Positions 1-8,227 of a stretch of 14,059 nt of DNA are shown piece by piece. Position numbers and translations under genes: made by a program. Source of the stretch: Promethearchaeota archaeon (GTDB lineage Archaea; Asgardarchaeota; Lokiarchaeia; Sigyniarchaeales; SOKP01); NCBI GenBank assembly GCA_016839745.1, contig JAEOTS010000184.1, forward strand, positions 1 to 14,059, given 5' to 3'. Under the pieces are notes generated by a model. That model did no database searches. It saw only the letters and a program-made list of their open reading frames with translations, and was not told the origin of the DNA. Numbering within the stretch: position 1 is the stretch's first letter; each line of letters opens with the position of its first letter.

Positions 1-60
1 ATTTATTTTAAACATAAGGTATTAACCTAGTTGGTGGTATAAATTCATATTTGTATAATA

Positions 61-1203
61 ATGGACACCACCCATGAGAATAAGGAATTAAATCTAGTTG
101 TAGGAGGTAAAAATACTCATCTCCTCGAGCTCTTACCTCTTTATGAGAAAATAGAGGATTTAAAAATTACAATTTTAACAAAATATTCTAAATATCAGCC
201 ATCCACTAATAGGGTTAAAATAAAGACTATTCACAAATTTAAGATTAGTAAAATTAGTACGGTATATTTTTTCTTAAAAAGCTTCAAAGAACTTGTCGAA
301 ATTAACAAAAAAGAACCAATAGATGTAATTAATATTCATTCCTATTATTATGACATAATTTCTCCTTTATTAATGAATTATCTTTTTAATATACCATTAT
401 TATTAACAACACCTACAGACTTTACTACTGCCCAAAAAGAGGAATTCGTCTCAAAACCCCAATCATTATTTTATAGAATTGCTTATTATGCTTGGATGAA
501 ATTCTTCACTAAAATCGTAAGAAGGAGAAAAATTATTTACATACAAGCGATAAATGAAAAGATTTATAGAGATTTAATTAACTTTCATTTCTCAAAAGAT
601 AATCTAATTAAAATGCCCAATTGTATATCTAGTAAGGAATATTTAAGGGTAAAGAAAGATGATCATAAAGCTATTGTTTATGGTTTTCTTGGTAGATTAC
701 TAAAAAGCAAAAATATAAGATTTCTATTAAGAAGTTTTTCTAAATATATATCTAATTATCCAAATGATAAATTGTTTATTTTTGGTAAAGGCCCTGAAGA
801 ACCATACATCAAGAAATTTATTTCAGATAATAATTTAGAGAAAACTATTACTTTTTGGGGTTTCTTGAAAAGCAAATTTGATATCTACAAGAAAATTGAT
901 GTATTGATTCATCCCTCATTTGGGGAAGGATTTCCAATGACTATATTAGAGGCAAATTTAACAAATACCTTTGTAATAGCTTCGAATGTGTCAGGTTCTA
1001 AAGATATTATAGATCATAAAGAAAATGGTTTATTATTCAATCCTTATAATGAAAATGATTTAATAGAGCAACTCAATTACTACAAAGAACATCAGAACCT
1101 TTTGCCACAATTATTAGAAAAAGCGAAAAATAAAGTTTTAACGAATTTTGACATAGAAATAGAGGTAAATAAAATCTATAGTTTCTTAAAATCAAAATTG
1201 TAA
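61..1203 (+). CDS. Glycosyltransferase family 4 (GT-B fold, retaining), 380 aa
   Basis: C-terminal Glycos_transf_1-like motifs: FLGRLLKSKN, IFGKGP, PSFGEGFPMTILEA (E-x7-E), VIASNVSG, DIIDHKENGLL. Confidence 0.9.
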   Translation: MDTTHENKELNLVVGGKNTHLLELLPLYEKIEDLKITILTKYSKYQPSTNRVKIKTIHKFKISKISTVYFFLKSFKELVEINKKEPIDVINIHSYYYDIISPLLMNYLFNIPLLLTTPTDFTTAQKEEFVSKPQSLFYRIAYYAWMKFFTKIVRRRKIIYIQAINEKIYRDLINFHFSKDNLIKMPNCISSKEYLRVKKDDHKAIVYGFLGRLLKSKNIRFLLRSFSKYISNYPNDKLFIFGKGPEEPYIKKFISDNNLEKTITFWGFLKSKFDIYKKIDVLIHPSFGEGFPMTILEANLTNTFVIASNVSGSKDIIDHKENGLLFNPYNENDLIEQLNYYKEHQNLLPQLLEKAKNKVLTNFDIEIEVNKIYSFLKSKL

Positions 1204-1217
1204 TTTGATTTTTTCTT
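1204..1217 (+). terminator. Possible archaeal oligo-T terminator after the first GT4 gene
   Basis: TTTGATTTTTTCTT directly after the TAA, in a convergent intergenic gap. Weak evidence given the AT-rich background. Confidence 0.3.
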
Positions 1218-1279
1218 ATAAATATTTTATAGCCTATGAAAAATAGTCTGGGGTGGAATAATTAACATATTTTTTTAAT

Positions 1280-2455
1280 CTATTTCGAATTTAAAACCAT
1301 TTTATACAAATCTAAATGAGTTTCGGCTGCTTTTTTCCAAGAGTATAAGGACTGCACTCTTTTTCGAGCGCTTTTTCCCATAACCTTTAGTCTTTCCTTG
1401 TCTTTTAGTAAATCTAAAACCAATTCGCTTAATTCATTAATATTTTCAAAATTCGAAGTAAATCCGGTATTATAATTGTCAATGATTTCACTTGGACCCA
1501 TAATATCTGAGCCTATAACTGCTTTTTCACATGCTCCTGCTTCAGTTATAACATGCCCGAAAATCTCTTGTCTAGAGGGATATATGACTAAATCTGACAT
1601 GGAGTAATAACTTGGTAAATTTATCTTCGGTATAAAACCTGTAAAAATAATGTATTTAGAGAGATTATATTTCTGAATTAGTGAATTAACAATCTGGGAA
1701 TAACCAGAATCTTCACCTACTATAAGAAGTTTGGCATTCTGATTTTTCTGAACTATAAGATTGAGAAGTTTAATTAAAATATCGACACCTTTTCCCTTAG
1801 CAATTCTTCCCACATATAAAATTATATCTTTACCTTCTAAATTATATTTCTTTACTAAATCGCTTGAATTTGTTGGTTTAAACAATTCTGTATTTATTCC
1901 ATGCGGTATATAGTGAATTCGATCATCTTCAATACCATATTTCTGAATAATAGGGATTTCATTTCTCGCAACAGCTATGAAATGAGCATTTAAGAACTTT
2001 TTCTTGAGAGATCCTAGCGAGATATCATGCAGAACTTTTGGAATTTTATCGCCATAATCCCAGTTTATACTAATTGCTCCATGTGTCGTGATAATTAAAG
2101 GTTTTTTTTTAATTAAGCATACAATTGAGCCGATATCTTCTTGAAAACTTCTTAAAGCATGCGAATGGAAAATGTCAATGTTCTTTGCCTCTTTAAGTAA
2201 ATAACTGATCAAACTTAACGAAATTCTATATTCTTTGAATCTTAGAAATGAGTTAAATTTATAAATAGAAAATAAATCACTTTTTTTCTCATAAAATTGT
2301 GTTCTCCTTCGGCCGACTTGTGATATATGAGAGGTTGTAAAAACCTTGGTATTAACTCCTAGTTTTTCTAATTCGGGAGTTAATTCCATAATATGATTAT
2401 AAGGACCACCCGTTTTTCCGGTAAAAGTCGGAATTAATCTTCCAATTGTAATCAT
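1280..2455 (-). CDS. Glycosyltransferase family 4, 391 aa
   Basis: N-terminal GG loop (TGGPYNH), TTHG, IPHGI, LYVGRIAKGKG, PSRQEIFGHVITEAGA (E-x7-E). The start ATG overlaps the upstream gene's TGA (ATGA, 2452-2455), suggesting translational coupling. Confidence 0.92.
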   Translation of the reverse strand: MITIGRLIPTFTGKTGGPYNHIMELTPELEKLGVNTKVFTTSHISQVGRRRTQFYEKKSDLFSIYKFNSFLRFKEYRISLSLISYLLKEAKNIDIFHSHALRSFQEDIGSIVCLIKKKPLIITTHGAISINWDYGDKIPKVLHDISLGSLKKKFLNAHFIAVARNEIPIIQKYGIEDDRIHYIPHGINTELFKPTNSSDLVKKYNLEGKDIILYVGRIAKGKGVDILIKLLNLIVQKNQNAKLLIVGEDSGYSQIVNSLIQKYNLSKYIIFTGFIPKINLPSYYSMSDLVIYPSRQEIFGHVITEAGACEKAVIGSDIMGPSEIIDNYNTGFTSNFENINELSELVLDLLKDKERLKVMGKSARKRVQSLYSWKKAAETHLDLYKMVLNSK

Positions 2456-3681
2456 TTTGATTTCTGCGATTTTTTATTTTTTTCTTTAAGTAATTCAATT
2501 ATTACATCTTTAAAATCACTAATTATCTTGGTCCATGTATAATTATTTTTAACTACTTCAAAGCCTTTTTGACCAATTTTCCTCAATTCTCCCTTAATGA
2601 GGATTAAATCCCTTATTTTTCTTATTAAAGCTTTTTGATTATCTGCGAATATAACACCGTTATTTTCTCCAATTTCATAAAAGACACCAGGCAACATATT
2701 TGATAAAACGGGTTTTTTCATTGCCATATATTCAAATATTTTGATAGGAATAATTTCTCGTGTTATTTCATTAACCTCAAAACTCATCAGACATAAATCC
2801 GCAAGTTCAATATATTCAGTGATATCGAAGAAAGGGATTCTACCTTCTAAATATACCCAATTCGCTCCAATCTTTTGGACGTGTTTTACTAGACTATTAT
2901 AAACTCCACCATCGCCTATTATGATAAACTTTAAGTTAAGTTTATTATCTAAAACTTCTTTATTATAGAAATCTATAATATCTTGCAGACCCGCAAAATC
3001 ATATAAGAAGCCCATGAAAAATATCACAAAAAACTCATCAGAAATAGAAAATTTTGATTTTAAATTATTTAATTTTGCTTTATCCACTATTACATTTTTT
3101 AAAGTTATACCATCAGGTAGGTTTCTAACCTGTTCTGGTTTGGCACCTTCATTTATTACATAATCTTGATGAAATTTTGATTGAATTATGACTCGGTCAG
3201 CAAATTTTATACAGAAACGGGTTGTTATTCTTCCAATTTCCTGGACATAAGGTATCGTTACTAATTTATGTAATACATCAATATAATAGAAAATATATGG
3301 AATTTTGAAAAGTTTGGCTAACAACAAACCAATTAAGCCATTAGTCATTGAAAATCCAACGATCACATCTGGTCTATCTATTCTGATTATTTTTAAAATT
3401 TCTTTAAAATTAGTAATTAACGAGGTGATTCTTCTTAGATATGGAATTTGTAGATGAGATGTTCTTACGATTTTTACATTAGAAGCTTCAGTGGAACGAG
3501 ATATATTCTCATATATTTTCTTTTTTATAAAGACAGAATCAGACTTCTGGATTTTATCAATATCATAATCTAACACAATCACATTAATTTTTATATTATG
3601 AGAAAGGTTTTCGAAGACATGGTGTTGTGTATGAGGCCCTCGTGTTAACCAGTCAGTTTCTTGTAATACAAGAATATTCAT
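2452..3681 (-). CDS. Glycosyltransferase family 4, WbuB-like subgroup, 409 aa
   Basis: GT-B motifs IIIGDGG and PIKIFEYMAMKKPV (P-x-K-x-x-EYMA, typical of WbuB-like GT4). Adjacent to L-FucNAc/L-QuiNAc-type biosynthesis genes. Confidence 0.85.
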   Translation of the reverse strand: MNILVLQETDWLTRGPHTQHHVFENLSHNIKINVIVLDYDIDKIQKSDSVFIKKKIYENISRSTEASNVKIVRTSHLQIPYLRRITSLITNFKEILKIIRIDRPDVIVGFSMTNGLIGLLLAKLFKIPYIFYYIDVLHKLVTIPYVQEIGRITTRFCIKFADRVIIQSKFHQDYVINEGAKPEQVRNLPDGITLKNVIVDKAKLNNLKSKFSISDEFFVIFFMGFLYDFAGLQDIIDFYNKEVLDNKLNLKFIIIGDGGVYNSLVKHVQKIGANWVYLEGRIPFFDITEYIELADLCLMSFEVNEITREIIPIKIFEYMAMKKPVLSNMLPGVFYEIGENNGVIFADNQKALIRKIRDLILIKGELRKIGQKGFEVVKNNYTWTKIISDFKDVIIELLKEKNKKSQKSK

Positions 3682-3807
3682 AGATTATTTCTTATAACTT
3701 GTTATTGTAATAGTTAATTTCGTCAAATATATTAATTTTTGGTAGTTGTAAATTTTAAAAAGGACTTTTTCGATTAATTATTTGACAAATTTTTAATTAA
3801 AGGAGAA

Positions 3808-4665
3808 TTAATACAAGTCATAATCCCAATTCTTCATCCATTCATTCAATTCAATCAACATATCCGGATAATTTGGGATTTTATAATCGAAGTCATTTCT
3901 ATTATTAATTAAGCTTTTATCATTATAGTATTCTCCGTATTTTAAAATTTCAATGTTTCTGTTCCAAATTTCATTTATTAATTTCAATAAATCATATTTA
4001 GAGATATTCTCATCTGGCACTAAATGATAAAGCGAAGATAAATCTTGTTCAATTGCGTTTTCAATCACTTTAGCTAACTCTAAAGTAGTTACGCCTGTCC
4101 AATATACATTTGTGAATCCATTTATAGGTCCTTTCTGAGTCATGAACCAATGAAAAAGCCCAGTTCCGTTCTTTTTTATTTCAGGTCCGATAATTGAAGT
4201 TCTGAAAGTGAGATCTCTATTATTTATTACTTCTCCTAATGCTTTCGTTTTGGCATAATGATCTTCTCCATCTTTCAAATCATCTTCAGAATAACCCCCC
4301 TTCTTACCAGAAAATACGCAATCTGTGCTTAGATGGATCAATTTAAAATTAAATTCTGTTCCCAATTCTGCTAGAAAATGAGGAAAAAAACTATTTATAT
4401 AAATTGCTAAAGCGGGTTTCTCAGATGATTCTTTTATCAGAAGTCCTATGCAATTGATTACAATATCCGGTCTAATATTCCTTATTTGATTTATAACTGA
4501 CTCCCGATCCTCGATATTGAGTTCAATTGTTTTTTCATGCAGTTTATTTAACGACACATCGAAAATTTCATATTTATTAATAGATTTGAGATACCGTGTT
4601 ATTACGTGACCGGCCATTCCTGTAGAACCAAATATCAGAATTTTTTTAATTATCAAAGCCTCCAA
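3808..4665 (-). CDS. RmlD-like SDR NDP-4-keto-6-deoxy-sugar reductase (QnlA/WbvR-type); true start may be 4653 or 4650
   Basis: GSTGMAG Rossmann motif, INCIG, HLSTDCVFSG, YAKTK (YxxxK), RTSIIGPE, GLFHWF, WTGVTT. Confidence 0.85.
   Translation of the reverse strand: MEALIIKKILIFGSTGMAGHVITRYLKSINKYEIFDVSLNKLHEKTIELNIEDRESVINQIRNIRPDIVINCIGLLIKESSEKPALAIYINSFFPHFLAELGTEFNFKLIHLSTDCVFSGKKGGYSEDDLKDGEDHYAKTKALGEVINNRDLTFRTSIIGPEIKKNGTGLFHWFMTQKGPINGFTNVYWTGVTTLELAKVIENAIEQDLSSLYHLVPDENISKYDLLKLINEIWNRNIEILKYGEYYNDKSLINNRNDFDYKIPNYPDMLIELNEWMKNWDYDLY
4659..4663 (-). promoter_or_regulatory. Shine-Dalgarno-like GGAGG for the reductase gene
   Basis: Minus strand reads TTGGAGGCTTTGATAATTAAAAAA. GGAGG lies 5 nt before an in-frame ATA and 8 nt before an in-frame ATT. 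Confidence 0.5.
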
Positions 4666-4714
4666 TTATCATGTTTTGATTAATATGGGTCTACATTTCA
4701 TGTTTAAGGATTAT

Positions 4715-5794
4715 TTAAAGTATTCCATTTACATACTTAACGATTTTTTCTGAAACTCTTTCATCAATATATCCATCAGGAAAATCCCATTGAGTGTCAC
4801 CAGCTAACATGATTTTTGTGCAATTCAAGATATTATCCCTATTCACACCTGATATGATATTACTACCGCACGCTACGGTTTCTGGTCTCTCAGTTGTATC
4901 CCGAATGGTTACTGTAGGAATTCTAAATATACAACATTCCTCTTGAACAGTTCCACTATCTGTAAGAACAAGTTTAGCATTTTTTTCCAGTTTAACAAAA
5001 TCAAAAAAGCCAAATGGTTCCATCAATCGTATATTTTTATTTTCTATCTGAATGTTAAAATCCTTTAATCGTTGTTTTGTTCGTGGATGAATGCTGCAAA
5101 TTATTGGCATATTATATTCATTAGCTACTAAATCTAATCCGTTAAAAATGGTTTGTAATCGTTCTTTGATGTCTACATTCTCAGCACGATGAGCTGTCAT
5201 CAAAAAATATTCTTGAGGTTTTAGATTTAGTTTATGTAAAATACTACTTCCATCAACTTTGTCTTTATATTCCATTAACACTTCATAAATAGGATTTCCC
5301 GATGTATAGATGCGACTTTTTTCAATTCCTTCTTTAAGAAGGTTTTCTCTACTATTCGTAGTATAGGGGATCGCAAAAGATGAAATTGAATCGATTATTT
5401 TCCTATTTTTCTCTTCGGGTACCTTTAAGTCGTAACAACGATTTCCCGCTTCCATGTGATAAACGGGAATCATTAATCTCTCTGCAACTATCGCTGATAA
5501 CCCACTATTTGTGTCACCTAATATTAATATTTTATCTGGTTTTAACTTAAGCAATAATCTTTCAGTTTCTCTTATTATTATCGATACTTGTTCTCCAAAA
5601 GATACTGCTTCTGCACCCAAATAATAATCAGGTTGGCGAAGGTCAAGTTCTTTGAAAAATACTTCATTTAAGTTAAAATCAAAATTTTGTCCTGTGTGGA
5701 TTAAAATATGATCATTCATTCGATCTAATTTTTTTATGATTAAACACAGGCGAATTATTTCGGGACGTGTGCCTATAATAGTTATAATTCTCAT
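4715..5794 (-). CDS. wecB: Non-hydrolysing UDP-N-acetylglucosamine 2-epimerase family, FnlC/Cap5G/WbjD/QnlB-like clade, 359 aa
   Basis: GTRPEIIR, HTGQNFD, LGDTNS, HMEAGNRCYD..VPEE.NR, TAHRAEN, HPRT, TDSGTVQEE, TERPE. The EIIRL and EAGNRC variants match the FnlC/Cap5G clade as I recall it, rather than classical WecB/MnaA. Confidence 0.92.
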   Translation of the reverse strand: MRIITIIGTRPEIIRLCLIIKKLDRMNDHILIHTGQNFDFNLNEVFFKELDLRQPDYYLGAEAVSFGEQVSIIIRETERLLLKLKPDKILILGDTNSGLSAIVAERLMIPVYHMEAGNRCYDLKVPEEKNRKIIDSISSFAIPYTTNSRENLLKEGIEKSRIYTSGNPIYEVLMEYKDKVDGSSILHKLNLKPQEYFLMTAHRAENVDIKERLQTIFNGLDLVANEYNMPIICSIHPRTKQRLKDFNIQIENKNIRLMEPFGFFDFVKLEKNAKLVLTDSGTVQEECCIFRIPTVTIRDTTERPETVACGSNIISGVNRDNILNCTKIMLAGDTQWDFPDGYIDERVSEKIVKYVNGIL

Positions 5795-6012
5795 ATCTTT
5801 TATTTGGGGCTATTCTAGAATATTTTGAATTGTTATTACATTTTAAATTTAATTATTTGAATTTTATCTTTGTTTTAAAATTCAGTTATTGTTAAAAAAT
5901 GTAAATTATATAATGCTATAATTCAAAATTTTGCTCCGTTAATTAAGTCTGCTAATATTTGTATTCTTTCTTAAAATATAAATGTCTGAATGCTAAATTT
6001 AGCTTTAAATCG

Positions 6013-6879
6013 TTACCATAGAAAGCCTTTTATTGTTTTTCTTTTTTTTAATAGATTCAACTTAAATTTTATAAGATAATAAATAAGAAGGCTAGCGAAA
6101 ATATTGAGCGTTAATCTTCGCAAAATGATTTTTGAATAACCGTATTCACGGTCGTACACTTTAATTGGACGTTCTAAAATTCTATGTTCTGACAATTTAG
6201 CCTGAAGAATTTGTTCAGTACAGAATGCATAGCCTAAAAATTTAGCTTTTCTAAAGGTGGGGATAAGGTCTTTATTAAAAGCACGAAACCCATTTTGATT
6301 ATTCTTGATATTAATTCCAAAAAAGACTCGAAAAAATTTTTCGACTAAAATTTCGCCAAGTCTCGTAGATAAAGGTAAGCGGTAATGATAACTACCTAAA
6401 TATCTTGAACCAATTGTATAGTCCGCTTTTCCTTCAAAAATTGGTTTTATTAGGCTAAATATGTCATCTGGGCTATGTTGACCATCAGTATCCATGCTTA
6501 CAATTACATCTCCAATTGCATATTGCATTCCCGTAAGAATTGCATTACCATATCCTCTATTTTCTAGATGGTGAATAATTTTAAACTTGCTATGATGCTT
6601 TACTTTTTTAATTTCTTTAAGGCTATTATCGGAAGAAAAATCGTCAATAATTATTATTTCAATTAATTCATTTTTAGGTAACTTTTCTAAAATTGATCGA
6701 ATAGTATTTTCTTCGTTATACATTGGTAATATTATAGAAAGCAAGACTGAGTTATCTTTTTTTTTAAACAGTTTCAAAAAATTATATAATTCTTGATAAT
6801 CAGAAACAGTTGTGGGATTTTTATAAGTATATTTATTCAATGAAGCTGTATTTGATTTCATACGATTTAAAAGCTTCAA
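6013..6879 (-). CDS. Glycosyltransferase family 2, DPM1-like (polyprenol-phosphate glycosyltransferase), copy B; TTG start (alternative ATG at 6861)
   Basis: SIILPMYNEE, IDDFSSD, NRGYGNA, MDTDGQH (DxD), IGSRY, GFRAF, R-x-x-G-x-SK; hydrophobic/basic C-terminal segment. Confidence 0.9.
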   Translation of the reverse strand: MKLLNRMKSNTASLNKYTYKNPTTVSDYQELYNFLKLFKKKDNSVLLSIILPMYNEENTIRSILEKLPKNELIEIIIIDDFSSDNSLKEIKKVKHHSKFKIIHHLENRGYGNAILTGMQYAIGDVIVSMDTDGQHSPDDIFSLIKPIFEGKADYTIGSRYLGSYHYRLPLSTRLGEILVEKFFRVFFGINIKNNQNGFRAFNKDLIPTFRKAKFLGYAFCTEQILQAKLSEHRILERPIKVYDREYGYSKIILRRLTLNIFASLLIYYLIKFKLNLLKKRKTIKGFLW

Positions 6880-7134
6880 GATAAAACCTAATAAACAATT
6901 ATTTTTAAAGATAAAAGAAAATCCAAATGAGTTATTAAAGAAAGGGGATAATCCAATTTAAATTTAATGAAATAACAAGTGCTTAAGAAACTCTTCCTAT
7001 TATTTCTTTCCATAAATCTATACCAATTATTTATGAATTTCTCTAAAAGAGCTTAATGGATACTTTATTCTTTCGTGGTGTTTGGTTTCGTAAATAATAA
7101 AATATCGAAACATGTATTAAGATCTATGGAAATT

Positions 7135-8106
7135 TTATAAAACAGGTCGTGAACTTCGTTCAATAAAGAATACAGGGTTAATAGTGTCTATATCTCTAGT
7201 GTATTTTAGGTGTGAGTAAATTTTACTTCTTTTTACTGCCTTTTGGTATATTTGCATTTGTTCGCTATTCAATCTCTTAAATATTGTAATATTTAATTTC
7301 ATAAGAAGATACTGTAGAATACAAGAGAAGAGATTTATTGTCAGTTTGGTTAAAATTATATTGGATTTTCCAAATTTTCTATCATATACCTTAATAGGAC
7401 ACTCTTTAATTTTAAACCCCTTTAGTGTTACCCTAATTATTTGTTCAGTACAAAAAGCATATCCTTCGTATTTGAATTCTTTAAAAATTGGGATTACCTT
7501 TCTATTAAAAGCTCTAAAACCATTCTGATTGTTCATAATTCTTTTTCCAAAGAAAATTTGGATCAATTTTTCGATAAGAACTTCTCCTAATCTTGTTGAA
7601 ACGGGTAATTTATAGAAATACGATCCTAAATATCTTGAACCAATCGTATAATCAGCTTCGCCATCTAATATAGGTTTAATCATTGCCAAGATATCATAAG
7701 GGCTATGCTGCCCATCAGAATCCATAGTGACTAAAACTCTTCCTCGAGCGTTGTTAATTCCCGTAACAATCGCTGCACCGTATCCTTTGTTTTCTTTGTG
7801 CTTTATCACTTTAATTTTTTTATTTCCGTTTACCTTATTGATCTCTTCTAAACTGTTGTCTGTTGAGTGATCATCGACTACAATTACCTCAATTAATTTT
7901 CCGGATGGTAAATTTTCTAAAACTTTCCTTATAGTATTTTCTTCATTATACATCGGTAAAATGATTGACAATAGAATCTTATCATTGTGAGGTTTAAAAT
8001 GATGAATGTAATCGTAAAATTCGCTAAATGTGTTATCGATTAGATTACTCTCTTTCACCTGTTTAAAATGTACAGATGATTTATTTTTAGATTCTATTGC
8101 TTTCAA
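7135..8106 (-). CDS. Glycosyltransferase family 2, DPM1-like, copy A; TTG start
   Basis: Same motifs as the neighbouring copy (SIILPMYNEE, VDDHSTD, MDSDGQH, IGSRY, NNQNGFRAF). AAGGAG lies 7 nt upstream of the TTG. Confidence 0.9.
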   Translation of the reverse strand: MKAIESKNKSSVHFKQVKESNLIDNTFSEFYDYIHHFKPHNDKILLSIILPMYNEENTIRKVLENLPSGKLIEVIVVDDHSTDNSLEEINKVNGNKKIKVIKHKENKGYGAAIVTGINNARGRVLVTMDSDGQHSPYDILAMIKPILDGEADYTIGSRYLGSYFYKLPVSTRLGEVLIEKLIQIFFGKRIMNNQNGFRAFNRKVIPIFKEFKYEGYAFCTEQIIRVTLKGFKIKECPIKVYDRKFGKSNIILTKLTINLFSCILQYLLMKLNITIFKRLNSEQMQIYQKAVKRSKIYSHLKYTRDIDTINPVFFIERSSRPVL

Positions 8107-8113
8107 AAAAAAG

Positions 8114-8119
8114 CTCCTT
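8114..8119 (-). promoter_or_regulatory. Shine-Dalgarno-like AAGGAG supporting the TTG start at 8106
   Basis: Minus strand reads TAAGGAGCTTTTTTTTGAAAGCA. Confidence 0.55.
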
Positions 8120-8201
8120 ACAACTGGTTATTTGAATTTTCATTTTTTTAACAGTTGTTATCTTCTAAATTAATACTCTAAAATATAAAGTTATTTCAAG
8201 C

Positions 8202-8217
8202 AAAAAATCAGAAAAAA
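8202..8217 (-). terminator. Possible archaeal oligo-T terminator after the epimerase gene
   Basis: Minus strand reads TTTTTTCTGATTTTTT about 10 nt after the stop codon at 8228. Confidence 0.35.
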
Positions 8218-8227
8218 GGGGTAATTT

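Noticed and set aside
3808-4665. Calling the reductase rmlD/rfbD of a dTDP-rhamnose pathway
   Set aside because: No rmlA/B/C genes in the window. The STDCVF and RTSIIG motifs and the FnlC-like neighbour favour the QnlA/WbvR type.
5795-6012. Possible fnlA pseudogene remnant upstream of the 2-epimerase
   Set aside because: The gap is very AT-rich and I saw no recognisable dehydratase motif by eye.
7346-7528. 60-aa plus-strand ORF from the track
   Set aside because: Lies entirely antisense within the well-supported GT2 gene and has no recognisable motif; a shadow ORF.
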